Source of the DNA: Monocercomonoides exilis PA203
Taxonomy: Eukaryota; Protista; Preaxostyla
Reading direction: 5' to 3'
DNA: 64,000 nucleotides
Assembly (NCBI GenBank): GCA_001643675.2
Contig: LSRY02000032.1
Location: 744,001-808,000, forward strand
Shown: positions 23,801-34,900 of the stretch, one piece after another
Numbering within the stretch: position 1 is the stretch's first letter
Layout: every line of letters starts with the position of its first letter
The notes under the pieces: generated by a model
Database searches by the model: none
What the model was told of the DNA's origin: nothing
What the model saw: only the letters and a program-made list of their open reading frames with translations
Program-made: the position numbers and the translations under genes

Positions 23801-26386
23801 TATCCACGGGCAAAACCTTTGATTCTTGTCTTGAAGGCGTTCTTGTCCATTCACAAGATGAATGAGCCCTTCCACGGTGGAATGAGCGGGTACCCTCTTT
23901 CGCTGCTGGTCGTGTCGCATCTCCAGCAGTTCCGTCGCAACTTCGGCGAAGACCCAAACAAAGTGCCGCTCGGGCGCCTGCTCCTCACATTCTTCCAGCT
24001 CTATGGAGAATCCCCTGATTTGCCTCAGCCACCCTACGGCATCCCCCCCTTTTCCTCTCAGCGCTTTGCGATTTCTGTGCGGGGAAAGGGCAGGTATCTT
24101 GAATTGGATGAGCTGAAGAGCTCGCGAAGACTGCTGGTGGAGCGGATGGAGTATGCAGAGACGCCGCTGGTGGTGGAGGACCCGCTGGACCCGAACAACA
24201 ACACGTCGAGGTCGTGCTATTTGTATGCATACATCAAAGAGCTCTTTCTGAATGCATATCAGCAGCTCCTGTCTCCTCTTCCACCACCACTGTCTGCACA
24301 TGCACTGCAGCTAAGTGACAAGATAGTCAAAGAGAGGCTGAAGGCAAAGGGGATTGATGTGGAGAAAATGGCTGAGATGCAAATGAAAGAAGACAAACAG
24401 AAGGAGGCGATGATTGCTGTATTGTTTAACAAACAGATGGAGAAGCAGATGGCTGCAAGTGCAACTGCTCATACAGACTCAAAACCAGTGGTGCTTCATT
24501 TCCCTCCTCCATTCCACTACCCAAACGCCATTGTTCCTCATCTTTCTCATTCAGACTCTCATTCTTCTTCTCATTCTTCTCCTTCTTCTTCCTCTCTCTT
24601 AGTCTCTCTCACCAGCGAAGCCAACGAGCTGGCTGAAGCCGACGAAGAGTGGTGTGCTGCCTCTATTCTGGGGAAGATCATCAAAGTGTCACCTGGCTTC
24701 TCCAAGCGGCGCGTGGCGATGAACCAGTTCTTCAGCACTTCCTCCTTCTTTGTCGATCCACGCACACTCGCCCAGCTCTTCTCTTCTGGCTCTGCTGCTA
24801 CTGCTGCTACTGCTAATGCTGACCCTTCCAAACAGCTGCTGCCTCCTTCTCTTTCTTCTCCTTCCTCTCCTTCTCCTTCTCCTTCAGTGCTCTCTCAGAA
24901 CGCAACCACCCCTTCGTTTTCTGTGCTTGGCTCTTCAAACACTCCGAAGATTCCCGCTCCTCTTTCGTTCTCTTCGCAGTCAGTTGCTCGATTGCAGTCG
25001 CCAATCCAGCTGGCTCCTGCACACACCCCACAAAATATGGCACAGGGCAAGTATTCTTCCTCTTCCTCTCTCAAACAGACAGACTTCGCATATCACGCAG
25101 CAGGATCAGCCATTTCACGCGCCAGGAAGTTTGATCCATCCATTGCTCAGTCGATGAACCTGGCAAATGTGTCCACTTCAGGAATTATGTCTTCTTCTTC
25201 ATCTTCTTCCTCTCCATCCTCTTCCTCTTCCTCTTCTTCTTCACTTCAGTCCTCTTCCTCTCCATCAGCATCTACACAGTATCTGTCACCCTCAGCCTCA
25301 TCACCAATCCCTGGACTTGTCTCGGCCTCTTCGTCCACCAGGTGGAAAGAGCGGAGAGAGTATCAGCTGCGCCAGCGGTCACGCAGACTCGGGCAGCAGT
25401 TCGGAGAAGAGGCATTTGGGATGGAGGAGATGATGGAAGGGGACTCAGGATATGAGCAGCAGCAGTTGGAGTATGCGAATTCACTGATGGGAGGAGGAGG
25501 AGGAGGAGTGGGAAGTGGAGGAGGTGCTGGAGGAGGAGGAGGAGGTACAATGGGGGTGAGGGTGGGTGTAGGTGTGGGTGTGGCAGGAGGAATGGGAAGT
25601 ACAATGGGAGGAGGAATGGGAGGAGGGATGGGGCTGCAGATGTCGATGAGCGAGACCGAAGGGCAGATGGAGGACATCTACCCAGGCTCTGAGTATTCAA
25701 TGGGCGAAGACAGCGCAGTGGAGGACTCCTACATGGCTCCTATGCTGAAGGAGCAGCTGCAGTTCACAGGACAGTCTCCTGTTGCTCAAACAGCGGGTTA
25801 TCCTGACCGCTGGGCAGGGCTGCCTATCTCATCGTCTGCAGCATATTCTTCTCAGTCACAGGCTGCCTCTTCTTTGCTTCAGAAGTCCCACGCCAAGCTG
25901 TCCTCGCAGTCACCCGCGTTTTACCCGAACCAGTCTGCGTTTGGGGTGAGAGGAGGGCAGACGCCCACGTTTATGATGCCACAGCACACGTTCATCTCTT
26001 CTCATCAGCAGGGCTCTGGCTCACTCTCACTGGGCACATCGCCATCATTGGGTACACCGCAGACACTCACTCCACAGCCATACATGTCATCGCCCTTGTC
26101 TGCCTCCTCCACGTCGCTTGTTGCCTCGTCGCCTTCCTCGTCGATGTCTCCCCCGCTGACACTGGCAGGGACTGAGCAAGGATTCACTGCTGTTCCCTTT
26201 GCCTCGCTGCTGTCTGGCCATCAGATGCAGCACGGAATGATGTTTGCGGCCCATCAGCCACAGGGCGGGGAGCAGGCTGTGATGGAGCAGCAGTATGCGG
26301 GGGGTGGGCATATGAGGCATATGCGTGCGAATCAGAGTAACGACTTGTATGACATCAAGCAGCAGAACTTTTATGCGAAACGTTGA
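20885..26386 (+). CDS. Non-canonical poly(A) polymerase, Trf4/PAPD5 (TENT4)-like
   Basis: Nucleotidyltransferase motif YGSFSSYLSLPRSDVD; ARVPIIK; HADI (third Asp); LVLKAFL..NEPFHGGMSGY; PAP-associated LVVEDPLDPNNNTSRSCY. Confidence 0.9.
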   Translation: MSGLNQIQHRDKKISFMAQPFRQQKIGDETSIMLSQSPEHFSPSIPSPSTLLIKSLVSKHSEFPFTSNATFDASKIPLVSSKQLHSSFQHETSKTNSENGLSFVQTMDQNVQYQKQKKLYEGSSSSSITLRSPLNNSFDKNSKIQIQMNDSSDKTTTSSSQYSDGFQYSVKVPLSPLFQINHHFFLFFLSLQDTYSPLFPLSLDPTISSNSDIVSQVKHSRTASGDGLSKSKLKSRLLPMLIDEHSEAEGTETEEDIELDFPFESGFFSHPWLKSANGVYDYIDPFQITSDPNHPGQPIVSLVPAAFDSQIPTAVAKKIVKEDMDVLNPVQFSPMWRRELMRKSYPSLSKESASDSKVAPLPANTSSTTNTFNPSSNALHPFTPSLASPSVSLLPQLVYNESVQNRLALLTGERRIREELLSVEINNYIRFISLTKADCLARFFLVDRVSECVHAVDRIIQQERKLAGLHSSSASASDAEYGEASGDISSFESDEEESTSNAHSAQKQQQPRRRKRKKKDAVCLFVYGSFSSYLSLPRSDVDFTIVSAEQARYIRRTQRLIRGLFECWYGEQFTKGLQKQKQMLSKQIKGKKKEGKNGAKSKNKLTDEEVKEKEKDNKDNKDSKDDRGDQDSLFIPPEYVVWKSQLDQLTAQGVAMLRTAHASICPICGRVLFGELCDCETDVALRVDQLPVSSSPSKTPSPFASSTLSSSASSLNDRISFCDADDVINTRQLLSQPLSADLQHMLDFGLPIVRSEKVLKTPAHLMNPTSNDLIHFVNPSETEAINRLVCSSQALHSHLKTDTKSAVTSNTSNTPTSSPTSVNVHSSELANASSGSSSSTSVDPPPSSSSSSSSSSSSSTSSSSSHFTPLANHSPTQPPPSPHPSFLSSLSTHHFFLPAGPAPSHSDTLTFLEKLYKELLKTSLGSAAKFISTARVPIIKIDDPTTTVHADIGYGSLSGIVNTDFLRCILIVYPRAKPLILVLKAFLSIHKMNEPFHGGMSGYPLSLLVVSHLQQFRRNFGEDPNKVPLGRLLLTFFQLYGESPDLPQPPYGIPPFSSQRFAISVRGKGRYLELDELKSSRRLLVERMEYAETPLVVEDPLDPNNNTSRSCYLYAYIKELFLNAYQQLLSPLPPPLSAHALQLSDKIVKERLKAKGIDVEKMAEMQMKEDKQKEAMIAVLFNKQMEKQMAASATAHTDSKPVVLHFPPPFHYPNAIVPHLSHSDSHSSSHSSPSSSSLLVSLTSEANELAEADEEWCAASILGKIIKVSPGFSKRRVAMNQFFSTSSFFVDPRTLAQLFSSGSAATAATANADPSKQLLPPSLSSPSSPSPSPSVLSQNATTPSFSVLGSSNTPKIPAPLSFSSQSVARLQSPIQLAPAHTPQNMAQGKYSSSSSLKQTDFAYHAAGSAISRARKFDPSIAQSMNLANVSTSGIMSSSSSSSSPSSSSSSSSSLQSSSSPSASTQYLSPSASSPIPGLVSASSSTRWKERREYQLRQRSRRLGQQFGEEAFGMEEMMEGDSGYEQQQLEYANSLMGGGGGGVGSGGGAGGGGGGTMGVRVGVGVGVAGGMGSTMGGGMGGGMGLQMSMSETEGQMEDIYPGSEYSMGEDSAVEDSYMAPMLKEQLQFTGQSPVAQTAGYPDRWAGLPISSSAAYSSQSQAASSLLQKSHAKLSSQSPAFYPNQSAFGVRGGQTPTFMMPQHTFISSHQQGSGSLSLGTSPSLGTPQTLTPQPYMSSPLSASSTSLVASSPSSSMSPPLTLAGTEQGFTAVPFASLLSGHQMQHGMMFAAHQPQGGEQAVMEQQYAGGGHMRHMRANQSNDLYDIKQQNFYAKR

Positions 26387-26903
26387 GAGAGAAAGTAAGG
26401 AAAGAGGACAAGAGAAGCCAGATTTGCGTTATGAATTGTTTTATCATATTGTTTATTGCTTTGTTGCATTTATTCTATTTTATATTTTATATTTTATATT
26501 GTTGGATTATTATTATTATGTGTATTATTCAAAAGAATATCTCACTTATTTTTGAAATTTCTTTTAACTTTTCAGTTTTTGTGAAAATAGAAAATAATAG
26601 AATTTTCTCTAATTTATTTTTCATTTTAACTTTATCATTTATTTGTTTTGTTCAAGTAGTTTGCATGTAATTCTTAGTTATAATTTTTTGTTCTTCTTTT
26701 CACTTATTTGATTATGTTGATTTTCTCTTTTTTCTTTTTTTTTTTTTTTTAATGAAACACAAAAGAAATACATGATGACTTTCTTCATCAAAAGAATGAA
26801 TTCAAATTAATTTAATTAATGTTATGTAAAGAATGAAATGCTTGCTTTCCTATTCTTGATGAATCAAACCATTATATCACCCATCAGAAATTAAAACAAG
26901 CTT

Positions 26904-27866
26904 ATGTCAAAAAATGTCACTGTTGCAAAAGGTTTGACTCGTACATTGTTCATCTATAAATTAATGTTGATGCGGCATATAAATATTGTAAATATGAAGG
27001 GTCGATAAAAGCATTGCTTCAAGCGAATTTACCATCTGGGATACGATTTTCTCAAGATGCAGAATCAATTCTTGCAAAAGCAATTACCGGTTTGCATTAG
27101 AAATTTTTGTCTGATTAATTTAATTTTTTTGATGTATTTTTATGCTGGTTAAGTATTTGTGAGCAGTATTTCAAATCTTGCAAATACCACTTCCTCCGAA
27201 CAAAGTCGAAAGACAATAATACCCGAAGACATATCAGATGCTTGCAATGTATGATTTATATTTGTTCTAAAAAATATTATGTCCTGCTTTCTGTAGAAAT
27301 TGGGGTTTTCATCATTTTTAAAAGATACCCGCGTTATGCAGATGGAATCAGCTGAAAAGCAATCTGTTTGCAATTCATTGTTTATCTTATATAGCTTTTC
27401 ATTTTTTTCCAAAAATATAAAAGAAAACAAAACTTGCTTCTAAAAGAATGGGGAAAAAGCAATATTCAGCTGAGATGATTCAAGAACAAAAAGCACTCCT
27501 CGCAAAGGTTTTTTGACTTTTGTATTTTTCATTATTATGCATATTTTTATCAAGGCAAAAGCTGATTTTAAAAACTCAACGCCTCTACAAACTTCTATTT
27601 CTCTTTCAGACTCATCTCCATCTTCATCTTCATCATTGATTCCTTCATTTCCTGGTGTAGAAAGTTCTGTTCGCACCCAACAAACGATATTGTCAGGCGG
27701 AATTGCTTCTCCATCTCTTCAAAAATCAAATCTCAATTCATCTCAAAATCCAATTTCACCAGCAAATACATCTGAGTCATTGCCTCAGATTCAACAAATC
27801 CCTGAATCAGAAATCGATAGTTTACCAACGATACCCTCATTTACTGAATTTTTACAAACGCAATAA
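26904..27866 (+). CDS. DR1: NC2 beta subunit (Dr1/NCB2), H2B-type histone fold; 6 exons
   Basis: Hand-spliced at GT-AG introns: MSKNVTVAKGSIKALLQANLPSGIRFSQDAESILAKAITVFVSSISNLANTTSSEQSRKTIIPEDISDACNKLGFSSFL...KTKLASKRMGKKQYSAEMIQEQKALLAKAK. The last helix parallels Dr1 EELLRQQQELFAKAR. Confidence 0.72.
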
Positions 27867-27917
27867 TTTTATTTTTTATTTTTTTTGAAAAAAATCAATA
27901 AAAAATATTCAAAAAAA

Positions 27918-27999
27918 CGCACTGAGCAGGATTTGAACCTACGCGGGATAAACCCAGCAGATTTCGAGTCTGCCGCCTTAACCACTCGGCCATCAGTGC
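27918..27999 (-). tRNA. tRNA-Ser(CGA)
   Basis: Minus strand GCACTGATGGCCGAGTGGTTAAGGCGGCAGACTCGAAATCTGCTGGGTTTATCCCGCGTAGGTTCAAATCCTGCTCAGTGCG. Anticodon stem GCAGA/TCTGC with CGA, long variable arm, TTCAAAT T-loop, followed by T7 Pol III terminator (27911-27917). Confidence 0.95.
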
Positions 28000-28201
28000 T
28001 CTGAGAAAAAAGGCTTTTTCTTTAGCAATTAAAAGCCTAACAATAAAAAATTTCAATTTTTGTTTAAATTTGAGTGAAATTAAATCCATTCTGGAAAAAA
28101 TATTTCAATTTTGTTTTGAAAAAAACATTTTCAACTTTTTATTTTTTTGTTTTGAACTATTTCAAATATTTTGTGTTTGAGGGATATTTTTTCATGTTAT
28201 A

Positions 28202-28858
28202 ATGGATTTCGATCTTTCAAATAAAAATCTCTCTTTTGTTAGATATTGCATTTGAAACATATAAATGGTCTTCATAGCATTTTATATTTTATATCACATA
28301 AAAACGTTTTTCTTTTGAATGTACAATATTTATGTATCCGATATTTTTATTGATTTTTATGAAATGCAATAAATAATTTTTTGTAAATGTAGTTGGAAGA
28401 AGAACTTGATGCAGATTTGCAGCGTGAAGCTCCATCTAAAAATAAAGCGAAATCAACTATTTTTCCTGAGCCAAGGATTAAACGAATTATGCTTGAAAAT
28501 GAAGAAATCGGAAGGATTAGTGCTCAATCCGTAACTTTGCTTTGTGTGTTCAAGATTGAATAGCTCGCGTATATAAATTATTCGTGTTATTTTATTGTAG
28601 CTAAATTATGTGAGGTATTTGGTGAAGAATTGATCCAAAAATGCGTTCAAAAAGCGAAGTCAGAAGACAAATCTGTCATTAAACAAGATGATCTGTATGC
28701 GATTTATTTTATGAGATATTGAACAATCTGATTTCTTTTGTGATATGTTTAAATCTGTGATTTGTTTTGATTTCTTGTTGAATAGAAATTCAATCTTGAA
28801 GGAAAATCCAGAATATGCATTCCTTAAAGACAAATTAGATGAAATCGATGCATCTTGA
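28202..28858 (+). CDS. DRAP1: NC2 alpha subunit (DRAP1/Bur6), H2A-type histone fold; 4 exons
   Basis: Exons 28202-28237, 28393-28543, 28601-28694, 28786-28858 splice in frame to ...IFPEPRIKRIMLENEEIGRISAQSVTLLSKLCEVF...KQDDLNSILKENPEYAFLKD. Compare DRAP1 FPPARIKKIMQTDEEIGKV...FDFLKD. Confidence 0.72.
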
Positions 28859-29119
28859 ACATTTCATATCCTCTATGCAGTTTTCAGAATTATTTATCCT
28901 GTTGGATCCCAGCCTTTACAACAAAATTTTTCAATTAAAGTTTATTTTTTCGTTGAAATCAAAAGTCAATTGACGATTTATTGGCTCAAAATTATTATTT
29001 CAGTATTAACAATTGTTGCATCAGACGTTTTATGTATTTTGAATATTTAAAACTATTGGAGAAATCCCCTTATTCTTATATTTTTGTTGAAAGTCAAATT
29101 TAAAAATATTAATTTTGCT

Positions 29120-31193
29120 ATGAACAGACCGTCAACCTCAATAACTTCTTCTCGCTCTTCAACTAGTATGAAATTATTGTGTATATGTTTGTTTGTTATA
29201 AAGTTTTGTCAATTTGTTTATTGTAGTTCCTCTTCAACCGAAAACCGCTATTATACGAGCTTCTACAAAAGATAAGTCATTATTTATAACACCCAGAGGT
29301 GCATCAGCATTTCGCTATCATGTCCCACAATCGATAGAATACGACCCCACGCCAAAAACATATCCTTCTGGTTTTATTCTTCCTGAAGAGCATCGCTCAA
29401 CTGAAGGATTGATTCCAGAGATGCTTTTTGAACAAGTTGACGGAGAAACAAACAAATTTATACCTCAAGAAGGCAATATATTTGAATCAGAATTAAAGCC
29501 TTTACCTCAGATTATTTCTTCTGAAAGTGGACCAACATATTATTCTGATTCCAGACCAAATACAGATGCTTCCGTTCGACAAACAAAACGCTCTTCTTTG
29601 AGAGGTTCTAATTCTGCGTTTTCAACATCAATAAGAGCGTCTGCAGCCAAATACGTGCCACGTGATCTATTTCAAGATTTGAGAAAAGAAAGTGAGAATG
29701 TTGGAATTGATCCGGATAAAGCGTCTCAGTGGCTTTCTGTTAATCGCTACAACGATGTGTTGAATGAAAAAATGGAAAAAGAATTTGAATCAGACACGTT
29801 TGGCGCTGATGAAGTTGTGATTGGTGGACCTTCTGTGTTATCTCGAAGGCCAATCACAGCAAGATCCACAGCTTCGAGACATATTCGACCTATTTCTGCA
29901 TCCACCAGTTCACTAGCTACACGTCGCTCGGTCACATCTCCTTCTTCTGTAACAACTTCACCTACTTCACTTTTTACTTCAGCTAATTCTGCAAACTCTG
30001 GCATTTCACCTTCATCATCTGAATTTCCGCTGAAATCATCCACTCCATCTGCATCTGCATCTTCATCTTCTTTGCCTTCTTCATCATCCATTTCACAGCC
30101 TCTTCGCAACTCCACTGCGAGCAATGCTCATCTTCCAGCTGCATCTGCTGCTTCACGCTCAACATTTTCCACTTTATTTTCATTCGATCGGCCTTCAACA
30201 GCTGGCTTCATTCATCACAACCCAACAAAGCCAGAAGAATCGTCGATTGACATGGCTGCACAGAAGCGTCAAAGCCTTTCGCGTGTTTCACAGAGGCGGA
30301 TGCTGAACGTGGAGCAGGCAAGGACTGCTTGGACGGCACATACTGCCAGACAGCAGGAGTTCTCGGCGTGGAGGTCAGAGGTGAGGGTAAGAGGCACAGC
30401 CGAGGGAATTTGCACTCGCCCTACTACTACTGCAGCAGGCATTCAGCAGGCACCAACAGACTCATTTAGCAACGTTAGCAGCAGAAGAGGCTCATCACGC
30501 CAAACAGGAACTGCAGCTTCGTCGGCTGGAGGCAGACAGAAAGTGTCGCTTCAAGCTTATTCTCCACTGAAATATCGCACATCAGAAGAGGTTCTCTCAT
30601 CTATTTATCAGCCTTCTTCAGGAACTTCTGCGCCGACCGGACAAATTGAAGCGGAGCAGCTGCTTTCTTCCATGTCATATGCTAATACGCGGAACCGAGG
30701 CTCGACACAATCTTCATTTGGCACAAGTCTTGCACTTCGACGAGATGGCACGCCAGCCTCTCCTCTTCTGCGCCCCATTCCTCCAGCACGCCCTGCAGAC
30801 TTGCTGGGAAGCCGGACGCTGCTGCACAATCCACAGGCGATTATCGATCCAAAAGGTGATGCGCAGCCGCGGCTGTCATCTCCGCTGTTTGGGATGAGCA
30901 GAAGACTGTCCATTCCACAGACCATCCACCAGAGGGCATCAGAGGTGGAGCCAACTCCATTTGGAGAAAGAGAGATCAGAGAGTTCACTCAGACACGGCG
31001 ATCGAATGCGAACAGTCGCTTGGGAAGAGGAACTGCTGGTGAAGGAATGGAGCAAAGAGACTCTTCTGAATTAGGGGGATCTTTTGCGAGAGAGAGGAGT
31101 GATGATACGGCGAGTGTTGATTCTGATTGGACTGTGCTTACTGGGCAAGAGAAGGAAGTCAAGAACGATGAAATTTTGCCTTTTGATTTGTGA
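29120..31193 (+). CDS. Hypothetical Ser/Arg-rich, likely disordered protein
   Basis: Short first exon MNRPSTSITSSRSST, intron ~29166-29226, then the 659-aa ORF; recurring RP(S/I/T)T motifs; no recognised domain. Confidence 0.6.
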
Positions 31194-31980
31194 GGTTGCA
31201 AGCAAACAAAAGGGAATTGTAATATTTTAAAAGCGCTTTATTCCTTTGAAGAATGAAAGCCACAAAAGGGTCTTTTTACAACATTCTCTTCCTTTCTGTA
31301 GATTTATTAAAAGGCTCATCATTTTTCATTTTTTTAAAATTTTCTTCAGCTTTTATTTTTAATTATCTCGAATATTTATAACCTTTCTTTTCAGTCATTT
31401 CGAAGTATGTTTTTGCTGCCATAGCTAATGGAACAGGGAATGAAATAAATGTGTGTTTTGATTGCAACATTTTCTTTTGAGGATACAAAAACACAAGTTC
31501 TGTGATTATTACGTGTTGTTCAGGAGATGGTTGAGGCAAAAGGATGAGAATCCAGTTGCTCAACAAAAGAAAAAGAAATGCATATACAATACAAACAGAA
31601 ATACAAATAGAAATACAAAAAACATAAACAAAAGGGATAATATAGTTCTTGATACATACACACAAACGAGCAAAAAATGTATGGTTCAATCATCAAGCAA
31701 AACAATGTGCACATTCAAAAGAGAACAACAACAACAACAAAACAAAATCAAACAGGATGCACATTACAAACATATCAAGCGAATGGATTGGAAAGGAAAT
31801 CAATCAAAATGAAATGATATTCTTTATTCTTTGATTTCTCCATTTTGGAATGGAAAATCAACAGCTTCATCAGCCATTCATTCATTTTTGTCTCTTTTTC
31901 CCCCAACAAAATGAAGAATGGCTGAGCCAAATGAAATGAAATAGAATATTTAGTTCCTTTTTATTTTGCACCTTTTTTTC

Positions 31981-34900
31981 CTAATCACCATTCAAGCTCT
32001 GGATGAGGGCGTTGAAGGCAGAGTTCGGGTTGGCGAGGAGGCGTGCCGGCGTGTCCATCTCCTCCACCTGCCCTTGGCTCATCACCATGATCCGGTCGCT
32101 GTGCATGATCGTGTTCAGCCGGTGCGCAATCACAATCACCGTCTGCTCCACAAACACCCGCCGGATCGTGTTCTGGATTTTGGCGTCTGTCTCCACATCC
32201 ACATTCGCGGTCGCCTCGTCCATAATCACAATCTTGCACTTGTTCAGCATCGCCCGCCCGAAGCAGATCAGCTGCCGCTGCCCGGCGCTGAAGTTCGATC
32301 CGCCCTCTGCCATCTGCGTGTCCAGCCCATACTCCAGCCCCGCCACAATCTCCTTCATCTCAATCAGCTCCAGCACCTCCCAGATCTCGTCGTCGCTGCA
32401 CCTGCCCCCGATGTCCAGGTTGTATCTGAGTGTCCCCGTGAACAGAGTGGGATCTTGTGGAATGATCGCAATCGACCGCCGCACTCTCCCCAGACTCACT
32501 TTCGAGATGTCCACCCCGTCGATCAGCACCCGCCCGCTGTTCGGCTCCTCGTTCGGGTCTGCCTCAATCGGAAACCCTGTGCTCACATCAATCATCGTCG
32601 GCTGCAGCGATGGATCCAGCTCCACCAGCCGGAACAGCGCAAACAGCAAAGAAGATTTTCCAGCACCTGTCCGCCCACACACCCCGATCTTCTCCCCTGC
32701 CCGCAGCGAGAACGACACATCCCGCAGCACAAACTGCAGCCCCGGCCGATATCTGAAAGTGACATGCTCATACTCCACTTTCCCTTCTGCCGGCCACTCT
32801 TTCGGCGGCTCAATTGCTCCTCCTTTCTTTGTGTGATCTTTCTCCTGCGGCAGCTGCGTCGAGTAGAACTTGATCCGCTGGTACCCCGTCATCCGCGAGT
32901 CCAGCTCCACATTCTGCTGCACAATCTGCTGCCCCAGCATGCAGAACGTGATCGCCGACGAGATCGCCACCCCCAGCTTCGCCGGCTCCATGTAGAACCA
33001 CCCCAGCACAATCACCCCCACCATCAGCACCGTCGACACCAACGACGACAGCACCGTCGCCCACTTCTGCCCTTCCCGGAACAGCACAAACCGCACATTC
33101 CACTCGTCGTTCAGCCCGTAGAACCGCTCCCTCCACCGCTCCTCCAGGTGGTACGACCGGATCGTCGACAGCCCCGCCCCGCTCACCGTCTCGCTGAACA
33201 CCGACAGCACCGGCGACCGCGACATCGACTCCAGCCGCTGCAGATTCCGCGACGCACGCGAGTAGATGCTCAGGATGACGTAATACACAACAAGCGCCGG
33301 AAGCCCAATCGCCAGGAAGAACACCGTGTCCACCGCCACAATCACCACCTGCCCCACCAGCCCCAGCCACATCGACACCACCTGCAGCAGCTGCGACAGC
33401 AACTGCTGGTCCACCTGCGGCACATCCCCCGTAAACCGGTTCAGGATCCGCCCCATCGGCGTCGTGTCAAAGAACGACGACGGGCAGTGCATCACACTCT
33501 CCAGCAGCTCCTTGTGGATCTTCCTGTTCGACCTGCCCGACATCGGCCGCACAACAGCAGCCCGGATCAGCAGCAGCACCAGCACCCCCGCTGCCAGCAG
33601 CCCGTAGATCCCGATCTTCCACTCGTACGACACAGATGGGTATTGAGACGCCGTCCCAATCACCCCCACCCAGTACGACCCCATCGTTATCGCCCCGTCT
33701 GCCGCCACCATCAGCACCACAAACGGCACAATCCCCCACCCCGGCAGCAGCGACACCAGATACTCCCAGTAGACCTTCAGCGGCACCGACCCTGTCTCCT
33801 GCTCCTCCTCTGTCATCATGTGCTTCCCTGCCTCTGACCCCTCCTCCTCGCTCTCCTCTCCTCCTTTGCTGCTCCCTGCCTTTCCCCGCGCCATCTCCTC
33901 TCTCCTCTTCCTCGACTTCATCCCTGCCGATTTCCCTCCCTTTTTGTGATGATGGCTGCGGTGGTGGTGATGATGATGCTCATCTTTGCCTTCACCACTA
34001 TTTCCCTCCTCTTCATCATTATCGTCCTCGCCATCGTCATCCTCGTCGTTGTCGCTGTGGCTCGATCGGATGATGTACTCGCTGAAGTCGATCCCCCGCT
34101 CCCGCAGCTCCTTCTCCGTCCCTTGCGCTGCAATCCTTCCTCCACCCAGCAGGATGATGTTGTCTGCCCGGTCCAGATACTGCAGCTGGTTCGTCATCAG
34201 CAGCACCGTCTTCCCTCTGCTCTTCAGCGTCCCCACAATGCACTCCTCAAACAGATACCGCCCCACATGCGCATCCACCGCCGACAGCGGGTCGTCCAGG
34301 ATGTAGATGTCTCTGTCCGAGTACACTGCCCGCGCCAGCTGAATGCGCGCCTTCTGCCCGCCACTCAGATTCACCCCTTTCTCCCCAATCTCTGTCTGGT
34401 CCCCTGCCGCAAACAGCTTCAGGTCGCTCTCCAGCGCACACACACGGATCGCCTCCCTGTACTTCTCCTCCTCAAACGCACACCCAAACGTGATGTTCCC
34501 CCGCACCGTGTTGTTGTTGATCCACGCTGTCTGCGCACAGTACGACACCTCCCCATCCACCTCCACCTTCCCGCTCACTTTCTCCGCATCTGCAATGATC
34601 GCCGCCCCCAGCGACGACTTCCCAGACCCCACACCCCCAACCACCATCGTCAGCGTCCCTTTCTTCAGCACCACATTCACATCCCGCAGAACAGGCTCGT
34701 TCTTTCTCCCTTCCGAAGGCGACACAGAAGGCGTGGGTGTTGGGCTGGGCGATGCCGACGAAAACGGTGTGCTGGAGAAGATCGGTGTGGGTGCAAGCGC
34801 AGGAGTAGAAAACACAGAGTGCGGAAGCCCTGGCGTGGCTGCCGGCGACGAAACCCCGTCGCACGAGGCAGTCGTCGGCGTCGGCACAAACACAGACACT

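Noticed and set aside
31363-31834. ORFs downstream of the ABC genes (and mirrors 53629-54100)
   Set aside because: Low-complexity 3' UTR/intergenic sequence (CAA and ACAAA repeats).
31966-33837. 623-aa antisense ORF (and mirror 51626-53497) and other long antisense ORFs
   Set aside because: Shadows of GC3-rich ABC codons and Ser/Glu repeats; His/Arg/Pro-biased with no domain motifs.
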